From the IMG/VR virus record IMGVR_UViG_3300030116_005147, positions 1-55,990 of that record: 55,990 bases of DNA; one strand, given 5' to 3'. Every line of letters begins with the position of its first letter. The stretch's first letter is position 1. The stretch comes from a virus (taxonomy: Duplodnaviria; Caudoviricetes). Below are positions 34,859 through 43,670 of this stretch, piece by piece. The position numbers and the translations under genes were made by a program. The notes under the pieces are model-generated. The model searched no databases. It had not been told where the DNA came from and saw only the letters and a list, made by a program, of their open reading frames with translations.

Positions 34859-35420
34859 TTTCCGGTTCTAAACCTGACACGATCACGATCGATCATGCCA
34901 GGATCCGAACCGGAAAATTGGCCCGGTCGCTATCTCCTTCTCTCCATATTTTGGGTTTGTCTCTCCATATTTTGGGTTTGTACACTTTGAGACAGCGACC
35001 GGGCATCAAATAAAATCACCCCATTGCCTATGGGATTAGATGGGCGGGAATTTCCAACGTGTCACTACATAGGGTGCCTCCTATGCCGTCGGTGTGCTTG
35101 CAAGCTTGAACGGTTCCACTCACTTATCTATTACGGTGATCATTGTCCGGGGCTCGCTCCCTACCTCGCTCGGGGCAGATCATAGCTGTTCGGACGATCC
35201 CGCAATCCTTTAGATCGTGTACTGCGTTCTTACTTGGGGGTTGGTGCTGTCATGGCACTGTCCCGTCCATCATTGCGCTAGGCTGTTCGGTTCTGTATTC
35301 CGGTGGAGAATGCGTCTCCACTGGTCAAGGGTTGCCGGATATTGGCTTTGCGCTCTACGTATATTGGGTTTGTCAAAGATCGCTCGCTGTTGTCGTTCCT
35401 CAGTCGTTAGCAGCGAGTGG
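34859..35420. ncRNA. Candidate structured leader/ncRNA upstream of the early genes
   Basis: Consecutive long hairpins (34859-34916, 34921-35004, 35068-35085, 35300-35324, 35383-35417), boxA-like GATCTTTGACAA on the - strand, no convincing ORF. Confidence 0.45.
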
Positions 35421-35526
35421 AGATTTGAAAGAACTAAATAAGAATGATTTACAATCACGTAACCCATTAGACCATAACGTGAATATAGCGTGATTTAACT
35501 GTAGGTAAGTTCTCTAATTTATTCAA

Positions 35527-35746
35527 TAAAATCAACAACTTACGTCATTCAGCGAAAACCCAGTTTAAACCTGCATTATCGGCTAAAAGATCCTAAAAGA
35601 TCCCCTAAATTAACTATTTCTGTCAAAGAAATGTCAAGACTGAAAACCCAGTTTAAACCTGCGTTTTCGCTGAATCTGTCTATTAGATTAACTAATAAAA
35701 TTAGCCAGATTTTAAAACCAAAACCCAGTAAAATCAACAACTTACG
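35527..35746 (+). promoter_or_regulatory. Two IHF-consensus sites flanking direct and inverted repeats; candidate packaging/terminus site
   Basis: TAAAATCAACAACTTACG at 35527 and 35729 (contains WATCAAnnnnTTR); GAAAACCCAGTTTAAACCTGC at 35554 and 35642; ATTCAGCGAAAAC/GTTTTCGCTGAAT inverted pair at 35547/35663. Confidence 0.6.
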
Positions 35747-36240
35747 GCTACTGGTCTTGACAAGCCAATAGCGTTTAAAGGGCCGTAAAGGGGCCTACAC
35801 GGCCTCTGAATCGAAATTCAGGCCCTACCATGTAAAATCGTCCGGGAGCCCGTGAGGCCTCACAGCGGCCAAATTCGCAATTTTGAGATCTGGCTAAATT
35901 TAGCCTATTTTGTAAACGCTGTTCACTGTTTTAAACCGGCCAATTTCGGGTATCGATTAAACGGCCTGACAGCCCCGTGGTTCTATCCAGATCTGTATCC
36001 GTCCCACTGTAGATCAAAACGATCGGAGGCATTCAGGCCAGCACAGCGACCGATAGAAGCGATCAAAAAAATAGAGAAAAAAGAGATCGATTAAGGCTCC
36101 GATTAAATTATTTATTTTTAGGCATCCCGACTTTCGACTACCCCCCAATCCAATCCAACCCCCCACTCACATCAATACTTATTTTTTCTGATAGTACCCA
36201 CATGTGTACCCCGTCTCGACGCAGTATTTTTCTGGCCTAA

Positions 36241-36663
36241 ATGTACCCAGGTGGGTATGCTGTACTAAACCTGGGGGCTCTTGTGGAAAGGGACGAGCTG
36301 GAAACACGCCTGGAAGTGCTGCTTGCACCGGGTGTTATGCGCGAGTACGAGGATGTCATGGACGCGGCTGCTGCTTTGGCGCATGGCACCTCGCTCAATC
36401 TCATCAATCCGGCTGCGAGTAGGTCTGCTCATGGCTTTTTGGAGCTGGCTCACAAGGCGATTCGCGACCGTGAGACGCCTTCGGGCACGGAGGGCACTAA
36501 CGCTGGTATTACAAATCTGATTGCGATTGCTACGGGAGGCGAACAAATAGCTCCTACTATTACTACGCAACAAACTATTAAGCCAAAACGAATAGATAAA
36601 GAATCTATTTTAGACGAGATATTCGATGTCGAACCCCAGCGGTCACGCTCAGACAATACTTAA
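36241..36663 (+). CDS. Putative terminase small subunit
   Basis: 140 aa helical ORF directly upstream of and overlapping terL; positional call; start uncertain. Confidence 0.45.
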   Translation: MYPGGYAVLNLGALVERDELETRLEVLLAPGVMREYEDVMDAAAALAHGTSLNLINPAASRSAHGFLELAHKAIRDRETPSGTEGTNAGITNLIAIATGGEQIAPTITTQQTIKPKRIDKESILDEIFDVEPQRSRSDNT

Positions 36664-38323
36664 CTATTTAACTACGCCGTCTAAAAGTATTCCGCAGTAC
36701 GGCAAGGTGCATGACCAGAAGACCTCGTCGTTTGTTGCGTATACGCCAGACCGGCTAACCACAAGATTCCAGCAGCAACTGCTTGCCTATCTGGACGCAC
36801 CACCCCGTACCAGAGATGGTCAAACGCGCTTTCTCACCGCATTAACAGCACGGCAGATGGGGAAGTCGTTGTCTGCGGAGTACGGGTGTTATCCGTTTGC
36901 TGCTTATCGTCCGGGCTGGGACCATGTGTGTATTGCGGATAACTCTGCGCGTGCGGAGTATTTGCATAAGCGTGTTCACCAGTTGCACGAGCAGTGGCCT
37001 GCAGATATTCGGTCGCCGACTATTCCGAATAGGGAGTCTCGTCAGCTTACGTTTCAGGCTGGCGGCAAGATGCGTGTGTTGTCTGCGGAGAACGGTGCGG
37101 TAGGTATTGGTCAGAGCCCTGACTCTTTCCATGCGTCGGAGTGTGCCTTCTGGGCAGACTTTTCGGGGTCGATGTTTCTCATCAACCCTTCGATTATTAA
37201 CCGTGATGAGTGTCGTGTAATCTTTGAGTGTACTCCTTGGGAGCGCAATACGCCGTGGCACAACCATTATCTCGCCGCTAAACGGGGTGAGGGTCGGCAC
37301 ATGGCTATTTTCCAGCCCTTTTGGGATGGGTTGCTTAATGTTCGTAAACCAGATCCCGACTCTCCGCTGACGAACGAGGAGATACGCCTGCTGGAGCAGT
37401 ACGCCCCCTCCGGGCTCAGACACGAACACCTTGCTTTTCGTCGCTTTATGATGGAATCGGACGTAGAGATACGCAGGAAGCCGGAGTTATTTCAGGTTTT
37501 CTACCCGTTTGATGACGTGACGTGTTGGGTAGCTGCGACAAACGCTGCGATACCAGACCATGTTCTTCAGAAGCACCAGGACAAAACCTTGTTGCAACCC
37601 TGGCAGGCACCGTACAAGGAGTACTACCCGCCGAATCCTGACTCGCGGTATGTGATGGGGGTAGACCCTTCTGGGCACGCTGCTCGTGACCATGCATCGT
37701 TTCATATTTTGGAGGTTTATAATAACTCTTGGCGGCAGGTAGCCAGTTTTGCAGACCACATAGACCCGCTGGCATTTACGCGCACGTTTCTTGATGCTGC
37801 GAAGAAGTACAACAATGCCAAGATTGTCGTGGAGTCGAACGGTGTTGGGCAAGCGAGTCTGTCTTTGCTCCGCGAGTGGGGGTATAACAATATTTTTTAT
37901 GAGAAGAAGCGCAAGCCTGGCTTTACATCGACGGCACAATCGCTTGACAAGGCAACGGGTTGGCTCTTGGATGCCCTTATGGATGACCTTATTTTGCACG
38001 ATGAGGATACGGTAGAGCAGCTTATGTCGTACAAACACGACAAGCGGGTGGAGGAGTCTGCGAGTAGTGAGTTGATGCGCGGCAAAGCGAGCACGAAGCG
38101 TCGTGAGCGCCATCACTGGGACAAGGTTAGTGCTCTTATTATGGCTGTTGTGGGGGCTCGGACGTTGCCTCAGCGCCCACATCCGAGTAGTATTCCTAAA
38201 AGTCTTGAAGAGGAGCCTTGGCAACCTCCCGAGACAATTACCCGTGAATGGGCTAATAAAAGATGGCGGCAGATACAGAGCAAGCGGCGCAGGAAGAAGA
38301 GAGATCCCTGGTATAGGAAGTGA
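36626..38323 (+). CDS. terL: Terminase large subunit
   Basis: ARQMGKS Walker A, FHASE Walker B, ECTP motif III, MGVDPSG...DHAS and VESNGVG nuclease domain. Confidence 0.93.
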   Translation: MSNPSGHAQTILNYLTTPSKSIPQYGKVHDQKTSSFVAYTPDRLTTRFQQQLLAYLDAPPRTRDGQTRFLTALTARQMGKSLSAEYGCYPFAAYRPGWDHVCIADNSARAEYLHKRVHQLHEQWPADIRSPTIPNRESRQLTFQAGGKMRVLSAENGAVGIGQSPDSFHASECAFWADFSGSMFLINPSIINRDECRVIFECTPWERNTPWHNHYLAAKRGEGRHMAIFQPFWDGLLNVRKPDPDSPLTNEEIRLLEQYAPSGLRHEHLAFRRFMMESDVEIRRKPELFQVFYPFDDVTCWVAATNAAIPDHVLQKHQDKTLLQPWQAPYKEYYPPNPDSRYVMGVDPSGHAARDHASFHILEVYNNSWRQVASFADHIDPLAFTRTFLDAAKKYNNAKIVVESNGVGQASLSLLREWGYNNIFYEKKRKPGFTSTAQSLDKATGWLLDALMDDLILHDEDTVEQLMSYKHDKRVEESASSELMRGKASTKRRERHHWDKVSALIMAVVGARTLPQRPHPSSIPKSLEEEPWQPPETITREWANKRWRQIQSKRRRKKRDPWYRK

Positions 38324-38329
38324 TCTGAT

Positions 38330-40132
38330 ATGGCATTAGATACTAAAACACTCGCTACGATTATTAAGGCGCACGTAAAACGCGCCGAAGAAGAGCATGA
38401 GAACTGGGACCGGTATCGCGCTTTTTACCGTTGCGAGCGTTGGGGCAATACGAACCCAGATAGCGAAGAGTTGTTTGTAGAAAACGGACACTTGTTTGGT
38501 TTCGTAGACACGATGACGGCATCTGTTGTACCGCCGACTCCTCGGATTACGGTCAACTCGCGCAAGGACAATGACGAGACGCGGATTGCAGCCAAGTATC
38601 GAGAGGCGCTCTTAAACTATAGTTTCTACGAAAGCGGTTTACACAAGACCTTGTGGAAGATTTCTACGCACGCTTCTATTTATCCTCGCGGTATTTTGAA
38701 GACGGTATGGAATCAGCAGAAACAGAAGCCTGAGTATCTTTCTATCGATCCACGGAACTTCTTTTTTGATTTGACTGCGGCTCGGTGGGAAGACATTCGG
38801 TATGCCATCGAGGTTACGGTTCTTACATCGGCTGAGTTTCAGGCCCGCGTGAAGCGAGGTAAGAACAAGAAACAGTACGACCGCATGTACAACCGCGAAG
38901 TAGCCAAGTCTGTTACGTATGAGAACTATCCGTCGTGGTTGCAGTCAAAAAGAAACAACAAGACGCACGCCAACAAGCAGATACGAGAAGTTTTTAAGTG
39001 GGTGGTAGTATACGAAGTATTTGATTTTACTACAGATACTTATTATCACATGGTAGACGGCGAGGACGAACCTCTTTACGAAGGCGACCTGCCCTACGTC
39101 TTTACAAGAAACCCTTTTTCCTTGCTAACGTTTAACGACAACATCGAGAACATTGGTGGCTTGTCGGATGCCCAGCTTATTGAGAACCCTCTGGGGCGCT
39201 TAGACGAACTCGATACCCTGGAGCTACGCTTTGCTCAGTCTACGATTCCGGTCACTACTTTAAACGAGGCGTTCGTAGAAGACCCGGAGCGTGCCGCCGA
39301 TGAGTTGCAAAACAAGACTTCACCTGGGGACGTATGGAGAATCCAGGGTAAGGACATGGCGTCTATCTCGGATATAGTAGGTCAAACGCCGACTTCGCAA
39401 CTATCGCCTAACTTTTCGCAGGTACGGTCTAAGGTTTCAGAGGACATTTTGTTCCGGCTTGGAATGCCGCAATACATGCGAGGTGGTGCGGGTGCTGCCG
39501 ACCTTGCGACAGAGCTTGCGCTTATCAACCAGGCGCTACAGACACGTCAAGGCAAGCGCATTAAAATGCTTGAAGACGTGATTCGTCAGGTCGCAGAAAA
39601 CACGATGGGCTTGTACGAGGAGTTCTTATCTCCTGGGGACGTACTACCGATTCGCATTGGGCGAGAGGATTTCTTAGAGGTAGCGCGTAAGCACCTTGAA
39701 GTAAGAGATCCTGTCATTGCAGAAGACGCCTACAAAAAGAATCTTCCGGTAGAAGCACCTCTTTCGGTAGACTATGAGGTAGTGCCGTTTAACCCGTCGG
39801 CAAACTCAAAATCAGCGCAGTTGGGTCGGATGATGCAGTTTATGCAGTTGCTGCTAAACAATCCTCTGATAGATCAAACTCGTTTGATGATTAAGATTTT
39901 GGAACTTCTGGAGCTTGGTGACGAAATGCTGGCATCGCCGCAACAAGTACAAGCTGCTGCACAAGCTGCCGCTGGGATGCCTCCCGGTGCAGAAGCACTA
40001 CAACCTCCCACAGATACCGTGGAGGGAGGTGGTCTTCCTCCTGGTGTCGGAGAACCCGCTGCGGGCACAGAAGCTATGGGAGCTATGGCTGGCGGCGAAG
40101 GTTTTCCTACTCCCTCTCCCATTTCGATATAA
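38330..40132 (+). CDS. Portal protein
   Basis: 600 aa immediately after terL; GILKTVW, IDPRNFFFD, ATE motif and Pro/Gly/Gln-rich tail of podovirus-type portals. Confidence 0.85.
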   Translation: MALDTKTLATIIKAHVKRAEEEHENWDRYRAFYRCERWGNTNPDSEELFVENGHLFGFVDTMTASVVPPTPRITVNSRKDNDETRIAAKYREALLNYSFYESGLHKTLWKISTHASIYPRGILKTVWNQQKQKPEYLSIDPRNFFFDLTAARWEDIRYAIEVTVLTSAEFQARVKRGKNKKQYDRMYNREVAKSVTYENYPSWLQSKRNNKTHANKQIREVFKWVVVYEVFDFTTDTYYHMVDGEDEPLYEGDLPYVFTRNPFSLLTFNDNIENIGGLSDAQLIENPLGRLDELDTLELRFAQSTIPVTTLNEAFVEDPERAADELQNKTSPGDVWRIQGKDMASISDIVGQTPTSQLSPNFSQVRSKVSEDILFRLGMPQYMRGGAGAADLATELALINQALQTRQGKRIKMLEDVIRQVAENTMGLYEEFLSPGDVLPIRIGREDFLEVARKHLEVRDPVIAEDAYKKNLPVEAPLSVDYEVVPFNPSANSKSAQLGRMMQFMQLLLNNPLIDQTRLMIKILELLELGDEMLASPQQVQAAAQAAAGMPPGAEALQPPTDTVEGGGLPPGVGEPAAGTEAMGAMAGGEGFPTPSPISI

Positions 40133-40149
40133 TACTTTAGGAGTTTATT

Positions 40150-40473
40150 ATGCCTATGACATCCGATGGAAAGCGTCTTCCTTACAAAGAAGACTACATG
40201 AAAGCCGCTAAAAAGAACATGGGCATGGACATGCCTGAAGAAATGCCTGAAGGAGAAATGCCTGAAGGAGAAATGCCTGAAGGAGAAATGCCTGAAGAAA
40301 TGCCCCCTATGGAAACGGCAACGCTTCAGTTGACATTGACTCCAAACGCTATCGAAGAGCTTTCTAAGCCAGAAAACAAAGGGGAGCTTGAGAAGTTAAT
40401 TACTGCAGGCATCGTAGCGATGAAAGAAGGCGCTGAGATGATGGACGATGCGATGCCAAAGGGAGAAGACTAA
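40150..40473 (+). CDS. Acidic protein with MPE(G)E repeats
   Basis: 107 aa, AGGAG RBS, tandem repeat at about 40231-40300. Confidence 0.65.
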   Translation: MPMTSDGKRLPYKEDYMKAAKKNMGMDMPEEMPEGEMPEGEMPEGEMPEEMPPMETATLQLTLTPNAIEELSKPENKGELEKLITAGIVAMKEGAEMMDDAMPKGED

Positions 40474-40799
40474 TGGCTCTTCCTGCTCTGGCTGCTCTTA
40501 TTCCTATGTTTACTGGTGCGGGTGCTGCTGGTGCTGCTGGTGCTGCTGGTGCTGCTGGTGCTGCTGGTGCTGCGGGGACTGCTGCTGGACCGATTGGTGC
40601 TGCCTTGGCTTCTCCCGGTGGACAAGCAGCACTTACTGGAGCAGCAAAGTTAGGCAAAGCTGCAGAAGAAAGACAAATGCAAGAAGCAACGCAGCCTAAG
40701 CCTTCTGAAACGTTAGCTGCTTCTGTTCCTCAAAACAGAGGACAAGACCCTTTTGGCGCGGCAGCTATTAAAAGAAGATACAACCAACTACTGGGTTAA
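40473..40799 (+). CDS. Gly/Ala-repeat small protein
   Basis: 108 aa, (GGTGCTGCT)n at about 40521-40572. Confidence 0.6.
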   Translation: MALPALAALIPMFTGAGAAGAAGAAGAAGAAGAAGTAAGPIGAALASPGGQAALTGAAKLGKAAEERQMQEATQPKPSETLAASVPQNRGQDPFGAAAIKRRYNQLLG

Positions 40800-40800
40800 C

Positions 40801-41262
40801 ATGCTTTGGTATGACCATGATTGTCCAAACTGCGGCGTAACGGAAGACGTTCCTCGTCCGCTCGATCAGTACGACGTTTGCCCCGCGTGTGACGCTACTG
40901 TTCGGATTATTGTTTCTGCTGTTCCTACTCACGGGATTGTGTTCTCTAACGCAGAACACTCAAAACAGTTGGGCACGACATTTCATTCAAATGCAGAAAA
41001 GCGTAAGTTCTTTAGGGACAATCCAGACATTGTTCCTATTGCTAAAGGCTCTATGCAAGATCAAAACCTTAAATGGAAGATTGAGCAAAAGAGAGAAAGC
41101 ACAGCTAAGAAGTTGGGGTATCAAGACGCCGATGCTCACTACAAACACATGAAGCAAGAAAAAACAAGAGCAAGAAAACACGCAACCCCGCCGCCTTCTA
41201 ATACAGCACGTAATTTTACTGTGCCTCCACAGCACGTTGACAAAAAGTCAACATCGCTGTAG
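40801..41262 (+). CDS. FmdB-like Zn-ribbon protein
   Basis: YDHDCPNCG...CPAC...RIIVS; ATG at 40801 directly after the upstream stop. Confidence 0.65.
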   Translation: MLWYDHDCPNCGVTEDVPRPLDQYDVCPACDATVRIIVSAVPTHGIVFSNAEHSKQLGTTFHSNAEKRKFFRDNPDIVPIAKGSMQDQNLKWKIEQKRESTAKKLGYQDADAHYKHMKQEKTRARKHATPPPSNTARNFTVPPQHVDKKSTSL

Positions 41263-41265
41263 GTT
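41236..41265 (+). promoter_or_regulatory. Putative promoter for scaffold/capsid genes with palindromic operator
   Basis: TTGACA-17 bp-TAGGTT; GTTGAC-AAAAA-GTCAAC palindrome over the -35. Confidence 0.6.
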
Positions 41266-41280
41266 TGTTTTGAGGAAACC

Positions 41281-41607
41281 ATGCCCAGTCCTGCGACCCC
41301 CGAACAGGTAGACGAAGTTCGACAACTGCGCGAGCAAGTCAACCAGGAGTTGAGAGCTTTGATTAAAGCAGACATGAAGAACAAAGTTCGCGACACCATC
41401 GAAGGCATGCTCGCAACCAATGCAACTGCTGAAGAGATTGTGTCTGCTTTGGATAAAGCTGGCTATTTTGTAGGTGATGAACCGATGGTAGAGCAACCAC
41501 CGGCTGCTCCCGAAATGCCCCCACCGGGCATGTCACCGGATATGCCACCTGAAATGGTTTCTAAACAAGAGCAGTACATGCAGGCTGCACAGAGGAATAT
41601 GATTTAA
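41281..41607 (+). CDS. Hypothetical head-module protein
   Basis: 108 aa, GAGGA RBS, Pro/Met-rich tail. Confidence 0.65.
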   Translation: MPSPATPEQVDEVRQLREQVNQELRALIKADMKNKVRDTIEGMLATNATAEEIVSALDKAGYFVGDEPMVEQPPAAPEMPPPGMSPDMPPEMVSKQEQYMQAAQRNMI

Positions 41608-42554
41608 TGTCTGAAGATTCTACGACCACCCCCGTCGCTGATGTTTCTACGCCAGCAGCAACCGATACAACATCGACCCCGGTTGGCGATGTTGCTGGTG
41701 AGGTTACTGCTGCAGAAACACAAAGTGCAGTGGAGTCGTCCAGCCAGTCGGATGGTACACCGGCTACCCCAACAACGAGCCAAAATCAAGAAACGGAACC
41801 GAGTAATCAAAGCCCTACATTTAGTCTTGATACTTGGGACGGTGTTTTCGACTCTCTTCCGGAAAAGATTCGTGACATTGTCTCTAAGAAAAACAAAGAC
41901 TTAGAAGCCGGGTATACGCCCAAGTATCAGGAACTTGCTGAACAGCGCAAGGCTTTTGAAGCCGAGTCTAAGAAGCAAAAAGATGCTTGGACGCAAAGAG
42001 AGTCTGAGTATGCTTTGTACAAAGCGATGTACGAGGGTCGTGAAGATCCTCGTTTAGCAAAAGTACAAACAGAACTCAGTGAGCTGACCAAGAAGTACGA
42101 GACAGAAAAGACAGATTGGAAGAGACAAACTGAACTACTTCAGCAGAAGTATGTAGAGTTAGAAGATGCTCATGACAATGTTTATGTCGAAGACTTCCGT
42201 AAACGCCACGCTGACATGTTGGCAAGCGAAGAGATGCGTCAAAAGTTTTCTGACTTTGTAGAAAAGGGTTGGGACTTAGACGTTGCTGCTTTGTTGACGA
42301 ATCAGAGCGAGGAAGTAGTGAACCTTGCTGCAGAGTTTGCAAGAAGCGGAGTACCGCACGAGCACGCTTTGCAGTATGCGGAACTTAAGATCAATGGTTC
42401 AGCGCCTGCTCCCCGGCAACCTCGTGTAGGTGCCAAGATTACAAACGGTGCTACTCCGAGTACGAATGCGGCTCGTGTTCCTGTCGCGGACTATGACAAG
42501 TTGTCATTGAAAGATGCTTATATGCAAGCTGCAAAAAAGGCATTCCGCTCTTAA
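41607..42554 (+). CDS. Capsid scaffolding protein
   Basis: 315 aa; disordered acidic N-terminus, GYTPKYQELAEQRK coiled coil, directly before the MCP. Confidence 0.75.
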   Translation: MSEDSTTTPVADVSTPAATDTTSTPVGDVAGEVTAAETQSAVESSSQSDGTPATPTTSQNQETEPSNQSPTFSLDTWDGVFDSLPEKIRDIVSKKNKDLEAGYTPKYQELAEQRKAFEAESKKQKDAWTQRESEYALYKAMYEGREDPRLAKVQTELSELTKKYETEKTDWKRQTELLQQKYVELEDAHDNVYVEDFRKRHADMLASEEMRQKFSDFVEKGWDLDVAALLTNQSEEVVNLAAEFARSGVPHEHALQYAELKINGSAPAPRQPRVGAKITNGATPSTNAARVPVADYDKLSLKDAYMQAAKKAFRS

Positions 42555-42581
42555 TACCCCCATCTTTAAGGACATAAAAAG

Positions 42582-43658
42582 ATGACTGTTCGTAACGATG
42601 TCCTCCTGGCAACGACCGAGGACTTGCTCCCTAAACTGGAGCAAATTTTTGTTGACGGTCACCCCGCGATGGAGCGTATCTGGGATAAGCTGGATAAGCG
42701 CCAATCGGGTGGTGAGTACGCGGCCTTCGATGTAATGATCGACGGTCCTGGTGATGCAACTCAGATCGTGGGTGGCTCGGAAGCCTATACCTACGGCAAC
42801 AAGAACGTGATCAAGCAAGGTCGCGTGTACATCCCTGAAGTGGTGTACTCTTATGCCGTTCTTGGTAAAGACCTCCGACGGGCTCAAGGTCCAAGCGGTG
42901 TCGTAAAGCTCATTGAGAAGTACCCTGAGAGTGCCATGATGCACCTCAAACAAGAAGTGGTTCGCCAGTTCGTAACCGGTACTGCTAACATCAATGGTCT
43001 TGGCGGCTTCCTTACCCTAAACGGTGAAGCAACCTACACTCCTGACACAAGCGCAAGAAACGGTGTTCTTGATTTTGCTGCTCAAGCAAGTCAATCTGAC
43101 ACTGTTCTTAACCTTGCTAAGGAAGGTGCTGCTTCTGGTGTAACGGGTTGGTACAACCAATACGGTTCCTGCACAAGCTTTGCTACTGACGGCAAGCGCA
43201 CTATGCGGGACGTATACAACAAGTGTAAGCTTCGCGGCGGCAAGTACGGTAACCCCGATATTGGCCTTTGCGACAGCACTTCGTTCAACAACTACTACGA
43301 TAGTTTGGACGATCAAGTTCGTTATGCTGTTTCTTCCAAGGGTGAAGAAGGCTCCGATTCTGTCGAAGGACTTTTGTTCCACCAGCTTAAGCTGTTTGTG
43401 GAGCCGGTTCTCGATGACGAGCTTTCCAGCCAGTTCAGCGGAAAGAACGGTGTTATGATGTTCTTGAACACTCAGACTTGGCACATGCTGACTCTGGGCT
43501 CGGACGACTCTCAAGAAACCAAAGGGCTCTTCTCTACCCGTACCGTCGGGCAGTTGCAAGGACGCGATGCTTTCGGTCACGAACTTGTGATTGCTATGCA
43601 GCCGTACTGCGACTACCTTAAGGCCAACGGGATCATTGAAGGCACCGCAACCATCTAA
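42582..43658 (+). CDS. Major capsid protein
   Basis: 358 aa after the scaffold; biased codon usage; N-terminal LATT...SGG and MMFLNT pattern of podovirus-type HK97-fold capsids. Confidence 0.85.
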   Translation: MTVRNDVLLATTEDLLPKLEQIFVDGHPAMERIWDKLDKRQSGGEYAAFDVMIDGPGDATQIVGGSEAYTYGNKNVIKQGRVYIPEVVYSYAVLGKDLRRAQGPSGVVKLIEKYPESAMMHLKQEVVRQFVTGTANINGLGGFLTLNGEATYTPDTSARNGVLDFAAQASQSDTVLNLAKEGAASGVTGWYNQYGSCTSFATDGKRTMRDVYNKCKLRGGKYGNPDIGLCDSTSFNNYYDSLDDQVRYAVSSKGEEGSDSVEGLLFHQLKLFVEPVLDDELSSQFSGKNGVMMFLNTQTWHMLTLGSDDSQETKGLFSTRTVGQLQGRDAFGHELVIAMQPYCDYLKANGIIEGTATI

Positions 43659-43670
43659 GGAGATAAGACT

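Noticed and set aside
35395-35405. CUGAGGA as a hammerhead ribozyme core
   Set aside because: No correctly placed GAAA and flanking stems found
35143-36094. ORFs 35143-35493, 35217-35441, 35270-35467 and 35852-36094
   Set aside because: No clear RBS, atypical composition, and overlap with repeats and hairpins; the region is better explained as non-coding
40448-40699. Cys/Trp-repeat ORF (CCWCCW...)
   Set aside because: Alternate-frame reading of the GGTGCTGCT repeat of gene 40473-40799
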